NCBI GenBank assembly: GCA_031399525.1
Contig: JANNOZ010000002.1
Span: forward strand, 56,085-120,084
Direction of reading: 5' to 3'
DNA length: 64,000 nt
Source of the DNA: Actinomycetes bacterium
GTDB taxonomy: Bacteria; Actinomycetota; Acidimicrobiia; Acidimicrobiales; CADCSY01
Part shown: positions 16,567 through 26,689 of the stretch, one piece after another
Layout: the number at the start of each line of letters is the position of its first letter
How positions within the stretch are numbered: the first letter of the stretch is position 1
Made by a program: the position numbers and the translations under genes
Notes under the pieces: model-generated
Seen by the model: the letters and a program-made list of their open reading frames with translations, nothing else
Told to the model about the DNA's origin: nothing
Databases searched by the model: none

Positions 16567-18342
16567 ATGTCTGTGTGGCACCGATGGGTGCCGATTACGG
16601 CCTGGCTGCCTTCCTATGAGCGCCGGTGGCTCCGCCCGGACGCCCTTGCCGCTCTGACCGTATGGGCCCTGCTCGTACCCGAAGCCATGGCCTACGCCGA
16701 GATGGCCGGCGTCCCACCCGAAGCCGGCTTGTTCACCGCCCCTGGGGCCATGCTCGGTTACGCCATCTTCGGCAGCTCTCGGCAGCTCGTCGTCGGACCC
16801 AGCTCGATCGCCGCCATCCTCTCGGCGGCCACGGTCGGCGGGGTGGTAGCCGATGGAGGCGCTGACTTCGCCGCGCTGACCGCCGCGTTGGCCCTCGTGG
16901 TCGGCGGGCTCTACCTGCTCATGGGCGTGGCCCGGCTGGGATTCGTGAGCACGTTCCTGTCGGGCCCGGTGCTCAAGGGATTCACCTTCGGCATGGCCCT
17001 GGTCATCATCGTGGGACAACTGCCGAAGCTCCTCGGTGTCGCGAGCGTCGAGGGAACGTTCCTCCGACAGTCGATCGACCTACTCGCCGAACTCCACGCC
17101 ACCGACCCGACCACCCTGGCCGTCGGTGCCGGCTCGCTGGCCGTGCTGTTCGGAGCCGGGCATCGCTTCGGCCACCGCGTCCCTGTTGCGCTCATCGTGG
17201 TCGGGGTGTCGATCGCGCTGTCGACACTGCTCGACTTCGAGGCTCGCGGCGTGCACATCGTGGGTGAGATCCCGGCCGGACTGCCGAGTATCGCCATCCC
17301 CCGAGTGCCGCTCGACCAATGGCTCCAGCTGGTGGGTGGCGCCGCCGGGATCGTCGTCGTCGGCTTCGGCAGCTCGATGGCCGCAGCCCGCACCATCGCG
17401 GCCCGTCACGACGATCGCATCGAGCCCGACGCCGAGTTGCTGGGCCTCGGCGCCGCCAACGTCGGCGCCGGCGTGCTCGGCGGGTTCACCAGCGACGCCA
17501 GCCTCTCGCGCTCGGCGGCCAACGACCAGGCCGGGGCCAAGAGCCAGATGGCCACCCTGTTGTGCGCGGTGCTGGCCCTGGCAACCGTGGTCGCCTTCAC
17601 TCCCCTCTTCCACGACCTGCCAGAAGCCGTGCTCGGCGCCATCGTCATCCAGGCGGTCTGGCGCCTCCTCGACGTCGCGGGTATCGCTCGGTACTGGTCG
17701 ACCGATCGCAACGACTTGCTCGGCTCGCTGGGCGCCCTCATCGGCGTGTGCGCCTTCGGCCTGTTGCCCGGGCTGATCGTGGCCGTGGCCATCTCGTTCG
17801 TGCTGCTCGTCCTTCGAACGTCGCGGCCGAGCATGCCCGAGCTCGGTCGTCTCCAAGAGTTGGGGGTCTACGTCTCCAAGGCGCGGTGGCGGACGACCTC
17901 CACACCGGGTTTGATCGTGGTGCGCTTCGACGCACCACTCTTCTTCGCCAATGTGGGTGCGCTGCGGGCCCGGATCGACGACCTCATCGCTACGGCCCCC
18001 GAGCCGACTCGAGCGTTGATCCTCGACTGCGAGGTCATGGCCTACATCGACACCGACGGAGCCGACGGCTTGGCCAGGATCGCCAGCGACCTGGCCGGAC
18101 GTCGAATCGAGTTCTTCCTCAGCCGCCTCAACCACGAGGGCCGGTCCACCCTCGACCGGTGCGGACTGCTGGCCCAGCTCGGATCCGACCACGTCCTGCC
18201 CACGGTGCGGGCCGCGGCACGAGCAGCGGTGGGGATCGCCGACGAGCCAGTCGACCGACGAATCGAGGAGCTGGCCATCGACGAGGACGATGCCGATATT
18301 CACCCGAAGAGGATGAAGCACGACGGTCGTTCCGAGGGCTAA
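16567..18342 (+). CDS. SulP family anion transporter with STAS domain
   Basis: LVPEAMAYA, FGSSRQLVVGP, ASLSRSA, RFDAPLFFAN, ILDCEVMAYID. Confidence 0.95.
   Translation: MSVWHRWVPITAWLPSYERRWLRPDALAALTVWALLVPEAMAYAEMAGVPPEAGLFTAPGAMLGYAIFGSSRQLVVGPSSIAAILSAATVGGVVADGGADFAALTAALALVVGGLYLLMGVARLGFVSTFLSGPVLKGFTFGMALVIIVGQLPKLLGVASVEGTFLRQSIDLLAELHATDPTTLAVGAGSLAVLFGAGHRFGHRVPVALIVVGVSIALSTLLDFEARGVHIVGEIPAGLPSIAIPRVPLDQWLQLVGGAAGIVVVGFGSSMAAARTIAARHDDRIEPDAELLGLGAANVGAGVLGGFTSDASLSRSAANDQAGAKSQMATLLCAVLALATVVAFTPLFHDLPEAVLGAIVIQAVWRLLDVAGIARYWSTDRNDLLGSLGALIGVCAFGLLPGLIVAVAISFVLLVLRTSRPSMPELGRLQELGVYVSKARWRTTSTPGLIVVRFDAPLFFANVGALRARIDDLIATAPEPTRALILDCEVMAYIDTDGADGLARIASDLAGRRIEFFLSRLNHEGRSTLDRCGLLAQLGSDHVLPTVRAAARAAVGIADEPVDRRIEELAIDEDDADIHPKRMKHDGRSEG
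18299..18317. promoter_or_regulatory. Putative operator TCACCC-N5-GGATGA upstream of the SHOCT gene
   Basis: TTCACCCGAAGAGGATGAA; related motifs at 40490, 40511, 43836 and 43858. Confidence 0.55.
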
Positions 18343-18383
18343 GCAGTCTTCGACGTCATCCCCTTTCCGAAAGAGGTACGGCC

Positions 18384-18776
18384 GTGGTTCTTGCCGAGGT
18401 GAGCTTTGCCGACGTGTTCTGGTCGGTGCTCTGGTTCTTCTTCCTGTTGATCTGGATCGTGATTCTGTTCCACGTCATCACCGACTTGTTCCGTGATCGC
18501 GAGATGAACGGGTTCACCAAGTTCATCTGGATCCTGTTCCTGATCTTCCTGCCATTCCTGGCCGTGCTGGTCTACGTCCTGACCCGGGGCGACGGAATGA
18601 CCGAACGCACGATCGAAGCCCAGAAGCAGGCCAACGCCCAGTTCGCCGACTACGTGCAGTCGGTGTCCTCAGTGGGCTCGCCGACCGAGCAGATCGCCAA
18701 CGCCAAAGAGTTGCTCGACGCCGGGACCATCAACCAGGCCGAGTTCGACCAACTCAAGGCCAAGGCCCTGGCCTGA
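18384..18776 (+). CDS. Small membrane protein with PLDc_N-like N-terminus and SHOCT C-terminus
   Basis: DLFRDREMNGFTKFIWILFLIFLPFLAVLVY; EQIANAKELLDAGTINQAEFDQLKAKALA. Confidence 0.9.
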   Translation: MVLAEVSFADVFWSVLWFFFLLIWIVILFHVITDLFRDREMNGFTKFIWILFLIFLPFLAVLVYVLTRGDGMTERTIEAQKQANAQFADYVQSVSSVGSPTEQIANAKELLDAGTINQAEFDQLKAKALA

Positions 18777-18795
18777 GCCGCCGTACGCCGATGAG

Positions 18796-18832
18796 GGGCC
18801 GGGGAGGACATCCGTCCTCCCCGGCCTTTTCT
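18796..18832 (+). terminator. Intrinsic terminator
   Basis: GGCCGGGGAGGAC-ATCC-GTCCTCCCCGGCC followed by TTTTCT. Confidence 0.85.
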
Positions 18833-18861
18833 CATTCCCAACCAACCATGATCGGAGCCCG

Positions 18862-19680
18862 GTGAGCCAGTCGGCCAGTGCAACCATTCCGTCCGATTCG
18901 TCGGGCAATCCGGCGTTCAACGACCGCATCGTCCGGGACTACCTGAGCCCGAGTGCGACCGCCCGCGGCGAGCGCACCATGACGATCGGCGGCACCGCGG
19001 CGAAGACGTTCGTCTTCCTCGTGGTGCTCGTCGCCGCCGCAGCATGGGGATGGGAGTCGGCCAGCAAGCCGGTGGCCACCGACATCGGCGGGGGCTACGG
19101 CGCCACCACCGTGACCATTCCTGCCGGCTTCTGGTTGGCGTCGATCGTGGCTCTCTTCGTGGGCATCGCCACCTCGCTCAACCCCTCTCGGGCCCAGGTG
19201 CTTGGCTTCGTCTATGCCGCCCTCCAGGGCTACGTGCTCGGGGTGATCTCGGCGGCCTATGACGCCCAGACCGACGGCATCGTCTCGGCCGCTGTGGCCT
19301 GCACCATCGCCGTCATGTTGGCTTCGCTGTTCTTGTACGCCACCGGCATCGTGCGCCCGACCCAACGCATGGCGTTCGGGGTCGCTGCGGCCATGGGCGG
19401 ACTCCTGCTGTTCTGGTCCTTCGTGTGGCTGGTCTCCCTCTTCGGTTGGACGTGGAGCTACAGCTCGAACGTGTCGTCGGTAGCGATCGCCGTCAACCTC
19501 CTCGTCGTGGTACTGGCGGCGCTCACCCTCACCCTCGATTTCCAGATGATCGATCGGGGCAGCGCCGCCGGGGCTCCGAAGTTCATGGAGTGGTACGGGG
19601 CCTACGGGCTCATGGTCACCCTCATCTGGCTCTACATCACGATCCTGCGCCTCCTGGCCTGGATCGGCGCTAGCCGCTGA
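18862..19680 (+). CDS. Bax inhibitor-1/YccA family membrane protein
   Basis: SGNPAF, MTIGG..KT, YAALQG, LDFQMI, APKFMEWYGAYGLMVTLIWLYITILRLL. Confidence 0.92.
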   Translation: MSQSASATIPSDSSGNPAFNDRIVRDYLSPSATARGERTMTIGGTAAKTFVFLVVLVAAAAWGWESASKPVATDIGGGYGATTVTIPAGFWLASIVALFVGIATSLNPSRAQVLGFVYAALQGYVLGVISAAYDAQTDGIVSAAVACTIAVMLASLFLYATGIVRPTQRMAFGVAAAMGGLLLFWSFVWLVSLFGWTWSYSSNVSSVAIAVNLLVVVLAALTLTLDFQMIDRGSAAGAPKFMEWYGAYGLMVTLIWLYITILRLLAWIGASR

Positions 19681-19696
19681 CTGGAGGACGTTCACC

Positions 19697-21058
19697 GTGA
19701 CCACCACCGAGACCCCGCCAGCACCGCCTCCGGGCCACCAGCGTCGTCGTCGCTTGACCGTGTGGGCCCTGATCGTGGTGGCGACCCTGATCGCCATCAC
19801 TTCGGGCCTCAACACCTGGGTGGAGAGGGAGGCCCTCAACACCGACTCGTGGGTGGAGGCCAGCTCCGAGGTCCTCGAGAGCCCTGAGGTCCAGCTGGCG
19901 TTGGCCGAGTACGTCGTGGACCAGCTCTACGCCAATGTCGACGTGTCCGGCGAGTTGAAGGAGCTGCTCCCCGAAGACTTCAGCGGCCTGGCCGGGCCGA
20001 TCTCGGCCGCGTTGCGCCAGCCGGCGACCGAGGCGGTCGAGAAGCTGTTGGCCAGCGAACAGATCCAGGACACGTGGGCCACGGTGAATCGGGCTGCCCA
20101 CGAGACCCTGGTCCGCATCCTCGAGGACGAGACGCGAGGTGGACTGTCGACGGCTGACGGCACCGTCAGCCTCGACCTCAGCACGTTGGTGACCGACGTC
20201 GGGACCCAGATCGGGATCCCCAGCTCGGCCCTCGACAAGATCCCCGACGACGTCGGAACGATCACCCTCGTCCAATCCGATCAGCTGGCTACCGCCCAAA
20301 CCGCGGTCAAGGCCATCAAGGTGATGAGCTACCTGCTTTTCGCCCTCGTCGTCGCTCTCTACGCGCTCGCGATCTACACGGCGGTGGGTTTCCGGCGGGC
20401 GACAGTGCGCAACATCGGCTCGGCCCTCATCGTCGCCGGCATCGTCCTTCTCGTGGTGCGCTCGGTGGTCGGCCGGGACATCCTCAGCCGCATCGACGAT
20501 GACACCAACCGAGCTGCGTTCGACGTGATCTGGTTGACCGCCACCCAGCTTCTCGGCGTCATCGCCTGGTCGGGCATCGCCTACGGCATCGGGCTCATGG
20601 CGTGGGCCGTGGTGTCGGGACCCACCCGGGCCGCCAAGGCCATCCGGCGATTCGTCGCACCGGCATTCAACAGTCCGGCCCCTGCAGTGTGGGGTGTCGC
20701 CGCCGTCGTGCTACTCCTCCTCGTGGCGTGGTCGCCGGGCACTGCTTTCCGCAATGCGCTGACCGGACTCTGTTTCGCCGCGCTGTTCGGGGCCGGCATC
20801 GAGCTCCTTCGCCGCCAGACGGCGGCCGAGTTCCCGGAGGTGTCCTTCGCCACGGCCAGCCGGGGTATCGCCGGCCGGGTCCGCGCCGGCTGGAATCGGA
20901 TCTCGACCCGAGGGGCCGACTCGAACGCCACTGGTGGGGCCGGTGCCCCGATCGACGTCGAACAGCTCAGCGCCCTCGCCGATCTGCACGACCGCGGCGG
21001 GCTCACCGATGCCGAGTTCGAGGCAGCCAAGGCCCGAATCCTCGGATCGCCGAGCTGA
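19697..21058 (+). CDS. Integral membrane protein with C-terminal SHOCT domain
   Basis: Multiple TM segments; ends EQLSALADLHDRGGLTDAEFEAAKARILG. Confidence 0.88.
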   Translation: MTTTETPPAPPPGHQRRRRLTVWALIVVATLIAITSGLNTWVEREALNTDSWVEASSEVLESPEVQLALAEYVVDQLYANVDVSGELKELLPEDFSGLAGPISAALRQPATEAVEKLLASEQIQDTWATVNRAAHETLVRILEDETRGGLSTADGTVSLDLSTLVTDVGTQIGIPSSALDKIPDDVGTITLVQSDQLATAQTAVKAIKVMSYLLFALVVALYALAIYTAVGFRRATVRNIGSALIVAGIVLLVVRSVVGRDILSRIDDDTNRAAFDVIWLTATQLLGVIAWSGIAYGIGLMAWAVVSGPTRAAKAIRRFVAPAFNSPAPAVWGVAAVVLLLLVAWSPGTAFRNALTGLCFAALFGAGIELLRRQTAAEFPEVSFATASRGIAGRVRAGWNRISTRGADSNATGGAGAPIDVEQLSALADLHDRGGLTDAEFEAAKARILGSPS

Positions 21059-21228
21059 CAGACCCGGGTCAAGCCGGGCCGGGCGAGGGAAGCGGGGGCG
21101 GAAAGAACCCCGATCCCAGATCGGCGGTCGGGCTCACCAGCGAACGGTGGCCCGTCGGAGATCGTGCCGGGGCCAGGACCGTTACCCTCCAAGGTCGACC
21201 CGGACCCTTGGGGCAGGAGGCGGATGTT

Positions 21229-22077
21229 GTGCACTCGGTAAAGCTCGATGACGTCGAGTGGTCGGGTTCAGGCACCCGCCACCGCGTCGGCACAGAGAAG
21301 TTCAAGTACCTCCTGCGGGGTCAGCACGGAGCGCGCGACAACTACGAGCTCAGCCTGTTCTGGACGCCGCCGACCTACTCCACCCCTCGCCACCACCACA
21401 ACTTCGACCAGCTCCGCCTCACCCTCCAAGGCGAGTTCGAGTGGGCGCCAGGGCGGGCCACCGGTCCTGGCGGTGTGGTCTACATGCCCGAAGGGACCTA
21501 CTACGGACCCCAGGGAGGCATCGATTCGGTCGTGCTGCTCTTGCAGTTCGGAGGAGCCAACGGTGCAGGATTCATGGGCTACGACGAACTTCGGCGGGGA
21601 TACCGAGAGCTGGCCGAGGTCGGCACTTTCGAAGATGGCATCTACCGGGGACCGGGCGCCGACGGCGCTCACCAAGAGGTCGACAGCTACCAGGCCATCT
21701 ACGAGCACGTCATGGGCCGCCCCGTGGTCTACCCGCCGGCCCGCTACGAGGATCCGGTCGAGATGGACCCGACGGCGTACGCCTGGGTGCCCGAGCCGGG
21801 TGAGCCGGGGGTCGAGCGCAAGGTCCTGGGCCGATTCAGCGAGCGAGGGACCGAACTCGGGTTCCTCCGCTGGAGCGAGGGGGCGGTGCACGAGGTCGGT
21901 CAGCTCCGCGCTCGCCTCGTGATGTTCCTCCAGTCCGGCCACCTCCTGTGGGGCGAAGAGACGATCGAAGGCCCCGGAGCGTTCGCCCTCGAGATCGAAG
22001 ACAGTGGCTCGTCGCTGGCCGCGACCGACATGGCCGCCGAGGCCTTCTACGTGTCGTTCCCCGTCTTCGACGGCTGA
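21229..22077 (+). CDS. Cupin-like protein (possible dioxygenase)
   Basis: AGGAGG SD; TPRHHHNFDQLR and YMPEGTYYGPQ cupin-type motifs. Confidence 0.75.
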   Translation: MHSVKLDDVEWSGSGTRHRVGTEKFKYLLRGQHGARDNYELSLFWTPPTYSTPRHHHNFDQLRLTLQGEFEWAPGRATGPGGVVYMPEGTYYGPQGGIDSVVLLLQFGGANGAGFMGYDELRRGYRELAEVGTFEDGIYRGPGADGAHQEVDSYQAIYEHVMGRPVVYPPARYEDPVEMDPTAYAWVPEPGEPGVERKVLGRFSERGTELGFLRWSEGAVHEVGQLRARLVMFLQSGHLLWGEETIEGPGAFALEIEDSGSSLAATDMAAEAFYVSFPVFDG

Positions 22078-22088
22078 CGCCTCGGGCG

Positions 22089-22988
22089 ATGACCGCACCT
22101 GCTCCCCCGCACGTCACCTCGGCTCCCGCGGGGTGGCACGCCGACCCGGCTCGGATCTACCCGTACCGCTGGTGGGACGGAGTCGCGTGGACCGGGTGGG
22201 TCTCGAACGGGCAAGTCGTTCTGGTCGAGACGGCCGCAGGTCCGGTGTCCACCGATCCCCGTTGGACCCACACCGTTCCCGAGACGATTCCCACTCTTCC
22301 CCTGCGGGCCGGCGTCATCGCCGCGACGATCCTGGGGCTGCTCGTGGCCACGGCGTCGTGGTGGTCGGCCCCGCTGTGGAACCTGCCGGGCTGGTTGGCC
22401 GTCACGGTCGGCTACGTCGTCATCTTCTCGGTCGAGGTCGGCCTGGCGTGGTGGGCTCATCGCCGTTGGGGCACGGGGACCTTTCGCGACCAGTTCGGAC
22501 TGCGGGCCCGCTGGGCCGACCTCGGTTGGGTGCCGCTGTGCTGGTTCGGGACCATGGTCGTCCTGTTCGCCGCGTCGCTGGCGCTCCTGGGCTTCGGTAT
22601 CCCGACCACCAGCAACGCCGAGGACTTCCGGGAGGCCTCCAACGTCGACGGCCTGCTGATCCCCATCCTGCTCGCCGGGTTGGTCGGCGCTCCGATCTGC
22701 GAGGAGCTGTTCTTCCGGGGGTTGCTCCTGCGGTCGTTCCGGTCCTCGGCCAGCGGCATCGGCGCAGTGATCGGCCAGGGAGTCCTCTTCGGCGCCTACC
22801 ACTTCTCGCCCTACTACGGGCTGGGCAACGTCGGCCTGATCATCCTCCTGAGCCTGGTCGGCATCAGCTTCGGTGCAGTGGCGACCTGGAGTCGGCGCCT
22901 CTCGATCACGATGGGCGCCCACTTCATCGTCAACTTCGTGTCCCTAGCCCTTCCGCTCATGGTCGGCACGGGCCTCCGGATGCCCTGA
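22089..22988 (+). CDS. CPBP (Abi/CAAX) intramembrane metalloprotease with N-terminal DUF2510-like motif
   Basis: PAGWHADP..RWWDG.AWT; APICEELFFRG, FGAYH, AHFIVN. Confidence 0.9.
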   Translation: MTAPAPPHVTSAPAGWHADPARIYPYRWWDGVAWTGWVSNGQVVLVETAAGPVSTDPRWTHTVPETIPTLPLRAGVIAATILGLLVATASWWSAPLWNLPGWLAVTVGYVVIFSVEVGLAWWAHRRWGTGTFRDQFGLRARWADLGWVPLCWFGTMVVLFAASLALLGFGIPTTSNAEDFREASNVDGLLIPILLAGLVGAPICEELFFRGLLLRSFRSSASGIGAVIGQGVLFGAYHFSPYYGLGNVGLIILLSLVGISFGAVATWSRRLSITMGAHFIVNFVSLALPLMVGTGLRMP

Positions 22989-23018
22989 GCGACGCCGTCG
23001 ACCGTCGAGCGAGTCGAC

Positions 23019-24263
23019 TCAGAGGAAGGCGTCCACCGTGGGCACGGCGCCGACGGGGAGGCCGTCGTCGAGGCCGAGCAGGCTCGATCCACCCCGCTCG
23101 AACCAAATCTCCTGGACGCCACGATGGGCGGCCATGGTCGTCACGTCACCGAGGCACCGGGCCAGGTCGGACTCACGGAACACCGCAGAGCTGGCTGCTC
23201 GCGCGCACAGCACCTGCACGACCGACCGGCAGACCTCGGCCACGTGGGCCTCCATCAGCTGGCTGACCGAACGAAACGAGGCGTCGATGGGCTCTCCCGC
23301 CAGGGCCAGCGCCCACCCTTCGTGGAGGACCTGGTACATCCAGGCCCGGGCCGCCCGCAGTTCGGCCACCGCCCGCCCGAAGTCGGCCTGGATCACGGGA
23401 CGCTCGCCGATCGACTGACCGGTGGGGGCACCCATGGCGCTCACCGCTTTGGTGCCGGCCAGTTCGGTGAAGGCCTCGATCGCGTGGCGGGCGATACCGA
23501 TGCCGACGATGGCGTGACCGGCCGCGTTCACCGGTTGGCGATTGGTGAGACGGGGACCGTCGAGGATCGACAAGGTCCAATGCGCCGGGACGAGGACGTC
23601 TTCGACCCAGAACTCGCCGGAATGGGTTCCCCTCAGACCGATGGTGTCCCACGAGCCATCGACGACCTGGACCTGGTCGGCTCGGAAGTACGCACTGCGA
23701 AGGTCGGGTCGGCCATCGGGGCGGGTGCGTGGCGGGCCATCGAGATGGTCGTGGACGACGAAGCCACCGAGGAACCGAGTCGCATGGCGACTGTTGCTGG
23801 CGAAGTTCCAACGGCCCGACACCCGATATCCGCCCTCGACCTCGAGGGCCTTGGTCGTGGCCTTCGGTCCCGGCGAGCCAGCCACGATGGTGAGATCGTC
23901 GGCGAACACCTCCCGGGCCCCGTCAATGGTCAGGAAGGTCCCCAGATTGGTGGCCGCGGCGTTGACCAGCACGGTCCAGCCCGCGGTTCCGGTCCCTCGG
24001 CTCAGCTCCTCGATGGCCCGAAAGAACGAGACGTAGTCGACCTTGCCCCCACCGATCTCCTCGGGGCCCAGGGCCCGGAACATGCCTGCCTCGGCCATCG
24101 ACCGCAGCAGCCGCTCCGGCATGCGTTGGGCCTGGTCGATCTCCTCCTGGGCCAACCGCAACTCTGGGACCATGTCGATGGCGGCCTGCACCATGGCCTC
24201 CCCAGCCGGGGTCGGTTCGGTGACGCCCCCAGAGGGATAGTGGACCTCGGTCGGCTTGGGCAT
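23019..24263 (-). CDS. Acyl-CoA dehydrogenase-fold flavin-dependent monooxygenase (HsaA/IacA-like)
   Basis: GGYRVSGRWNFAS and WDTIGLRGTHS motifs. Confidence 0.88.
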   Translation of the reverse strand: MPKPTEVHYPSGGVTEPTPAGEAMVQAAIDMVPELRLAQEEIDQAQRMPERLLRSMAEAGMFRALGPEEIGGGKVDYVSFFRAIEELSRGTGTAGWTVLVNAAATNLGTFLTIDGAREVFADDLTIVAGSPGPKATTKALEVEGGYRVSGRWNFASNSRHATRFLGGFVVHDHLDGPPRTRPDGRPDLRSAYFRADQVQVVDGSWDTIGLRGTHSGEFWVEDVLVPAHWTLSILDGPRLTNRQPVNAAGHAIVGIGIARHAIEAFTELAGTKAVSAMGAPTGQSIGERPVIQADFGRAVAELRAARAWMYQVLHEGWALALAGEPIDASFRSVSQLMEAHVAEVCRSVVQVLCARAASSAVFRESDLARCLGDVTTMAAHRGVQEIWFERGGSSLLGLDDGLPVGAVPTVDAFL

Positions 24264-24354
24264 GGCTGGTTCCCCCCGTGCGATCAGTCGCCGTTCCTTC
24301 GCCTCGCTAAGGATATGGCGCCGTCGTCACCCAACCCGCAACCCAACCGGGGGA

Positions 24355-24404
24355 ACCGAGCTGGCGGGGGAGGGCTCGAACCTCCAACCTCCTGATCCAA
24401 AGTC
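24355..24404 (-). repeat. att site: duplicated 3' half of tRNA-Gln
   Basis: ACCGAGCTGGCGGGGGAGGGCTCGAACCTCCAACCTCCTGATCCAAAGTC, identical to 27700-27749. Confidence 0.95.
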
Positions 24405-24519
24405 GCTCCCGACCCACCGCTGCCACCGGCCCGAGTTGCTGTTTGCCTTGCTCAGCGAAGGTATCGACGAACGGTCACCGGGTCTCGTTGGCCCCTGTTT
24501 CGGGATCTTGGTCCGAGTT

Positions 24520-24540
24520 GCGCTGCCAAAGCGCTGCCAA
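24520..24540. repeat. Putative integrase arm-type sites (left)
   Basis: CGCTGCCAA twice with 11-bp period; same core at 27614-27633. Confidence 0.7.
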
Positions 24541-24601
24541 GAGGAAGGCGTCGCCGTGGTCACCTCGGCAATCGTGGACCAACGGTGTCTATCCTCGGCC
24601 C

Positions 24602-25549
24602 GTGCTAACCCAGTGGCTCGACCGAAAGGCTAGATCGCGAATCATCCGCGAGCTTGGGATCACTCCGCCTGAGTTCCTCGTTGACTACGACATAGGCAGC
24701 CTGGGGCTTTGGGAGATCTCGGAAAGCTTTGATTGCCCACGCGGGGCGAAGCAGCTCGATGTCATCGTCACCAGCCACGGCGTTCACCTCCACGCCGCCG
24801 TCAAGGTCCTCATCGGCGGAGGCAGTGCGGCGGCTCATCTCTTCCTGCCGTGGGAGGACGTGCTCATGGTGGTAACCGACCACTACCCGTCGACAATGCT
24901 CCGTCTGCTCATGCGGACCGGCCAGTCGGTGAAGGTCGACAAGCACAAGAGGGGCACTGTCCCAAGTGCAGCGGAGATAGCCGCGATCACGGCCTTCGGA
25001 GCTTGGAAGGAAGCGCAGCCCCCAGAGGTCCTGGAGGAGATACAGGAGCGGCTCGACCGAAAGGAACGGCTGGATCGTCGCAGCCGGTTCCACGCTCGAC
25101 TTGCAGGGCCACTGTGGGATTCGATCAGGGAAACGACCGGCACCTCCATGTTCGAGGCTTTCGGTGCACTCATTCCCCGATCGGGATTTGAGGATCGCGT
25201 CGACTTCGATGGAATTGTCGCTCTTACCGACAACCCGTACTTGGCCTTTCACGACCAGCAGGGCTCAATACGAGGACGCGCCTCGTTCGAGGGCCTAAGC
25301 GATATTGGACTTGAAGGCTCACTAGATCCACGCCTACTCGCAGGGGCAGAGGAGAAACTTCGTGGGCCGGTGGACGATGTTGCCGTCGTCGGGAAGCTCG
25401 CGGAGTTCGACGTGGAGGGGTTTGCTCTCGTCACTCCCGCCGGAATGTCCTCGAACTGGCTGTGGTGGTTGGCGTGCCTCGCGTCGATCTACCAGACCGA
25501 GCCCGACGAACCCCCCGTCGAGCCCAGCGGGAGTATCACAGCCACCTGA
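24602..25549 (+). CDS. Hypothetical island protein (possible PH-like domains)
   Basis: Long ORF; TATCCT lies 6 nt before GTG 24602; no recognisable catalytic motif. Confidence 0.65.
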   Translation: MLTQWLDRKARSRIIRELGITPPEFLVDYDIGSLGLWEISESFDCPRGAKQLDVIVTSHGVHLHAAVKVLIGGGSAAAHLFLPWEDVLMVVTDHYPSTMLRLLMRTGQSVKVDKHKRGTVPSAAEIAAITAFGAWKEAQPPEVLEEIQERLDRKERLDRRSRFHARLAGPLWDSIRETTGTSMFEAFGALIPRSGFEDRVDFDGIVALTDNPYLAFHDQQGSIRGRASFEGLSDIGLEGSLDPRLLAGAEEKLRGPVDDVAVVGKLAEFDVEGFALVTPAGMSSNWLWWLACLASIYQTEPDEPPVEPSGSITAT

Positions 25550-25730
25550 ACGCCTCGCGTGCAGCCCCCTGGGCGCTCCCCGCTTGCTTCCCCTGCCCGA
25601 TGGTCCACCGGGAGCACCGAGACGCTTAGAACGCCGTACAGCGCCCCGGGCTGATAAGGGTTAGCCCTACTCTCACAAGGGTTAGGGCCGATTCCCGGCT
25701 TGTTGATCTCGGGGCTGCGATCATCGGGGG

Positions 25731-26522
25731 ATGCGTTCTTGGGGGCGAGAGGGGTGGCTCGTCATCACGACTGCTGGTTCCGCGCTCATCGTGACCGTGT
25801 TCGGTATGACGATGTTCGTCCTCCGCGACTCGCCGTACTCCTTCTGGCTGATCGTGGTCGGGCTTTCCACCTTGATCTTCAGCGCTGCGTACCCGCGCCT
25901 CATTGAGGCCGAGGTCACGCCCCGAGGTGCGAGGGTCAAACTTGGGCCGATCCAGGAGGAGTCCCTCGTGATCGCAGAAGAGGACACGGTCGGAGAGACC
26001 CAGATCGACGAAGCGGACGAGCTGATTGTGGGAGCGAGGAGCGCTCTCGCGGGGGAGGCCCTCGGAGCCATACTCCGCCCGATTGTCCACGACGAGGGGA
26101 CCACTAACTTCCGGCTCTACCTGTACGACGCGGACACTGATCGCCTTGCGCCCGTCATCATCTCCGCCACCTTGCCCGAACACGGCTCTCGGGAGACGTG
26201 GATCGTCGGTAAGGGAGCAACCGGCACGGCCTACCAAGACGGTCGCTTCGTGTTCGTCACCGGAGACGCGATCCGCGACTCGACCTACGGGGTCACTCCC
26301 GAGCAGGCAGAGACATTCGAGGACCTCACAGCCGTCGCCGCGATCCCGGTACTCAACGCCTCCGAGGCCCCTCTCGGAGTCCTGACAGCCACGTCGAACG
26401 CTCCGGACGGCGGAGAGCTAAGCGACGAAGAGTCCGCCTACTACGAGGTCCAGGCGAGAGCCCTGCTCGCAGCCCGGGCTCTCGTTGATCTCCTCGGCTG
26501 GTTCTCAGATCAGTACCCTTAG
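25731..26522 (+). CDS. 2-TM membrane protein with C-terminal GAF domain
   Basis: Two N-terminal hydrophobic helices; LYLYDADTDRL, GKGATGTAY, AVAAIPVLN..PLGVLTAT. Confidence 0.75.
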   Translation: MRSWGREGWLVITTAGSALIVTVFGMTMFVLRDSPYSFWLIVVGLSTLIFSAAYPRLIEAEVTPRGARVKLGPIQEESLVIAEEDTVGETQIDEADELIVGARSALAGEALGAILRPIVHDEGTTNFRLYLYDADTDRLAPVIISATLPEHGSRETWIVGKGATGTAYQDGRFVFVTGDAIRDSTYGVTPEQAETFEDLTAVAAIPVLNASEAPLGVLTATSNAPDGGELSDEESAYYEVQARALLAARALVDLLGWFSDQYP

Positions 26523-26526
26523 GACT

Positions 26527-26676
26527 GTGACTAGCGGCTACTCCACTCGTTCAGTGTCCACCGCGGGCCAAGCCAAAGTGCTGCGCGACACTCTGAACTC
26601 CGGTAAGCGAGTCCGGATCACCAAGGGTCAGGGCAAGGCCATTCGGAGCGGCACAACGGGGCGCCGCACCAAGTAG
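26527..26676 (+). CDS. Small basic hypothetical protein
   Basis: 49-aa ORF directly after the GAF gene; weak support. Confidence 0.3.
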   Translation: MTSGYSTRSVSTAGQAKVLRDTLNSGKRVRITKGQGKAIRSGTTGRRTK

Positions 26677-26689
26677 CCCCCCGGGCCTC

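Noticed and set aside
24355-24404. Second tRNA-Gln gene
   Set aside because: Only the 3' half is present; it is the att duplication.
25656-25688. Telomere-like GGGTTAG motifs
   Set aside because: Only two copies; better explained as phased binding sites or chance.
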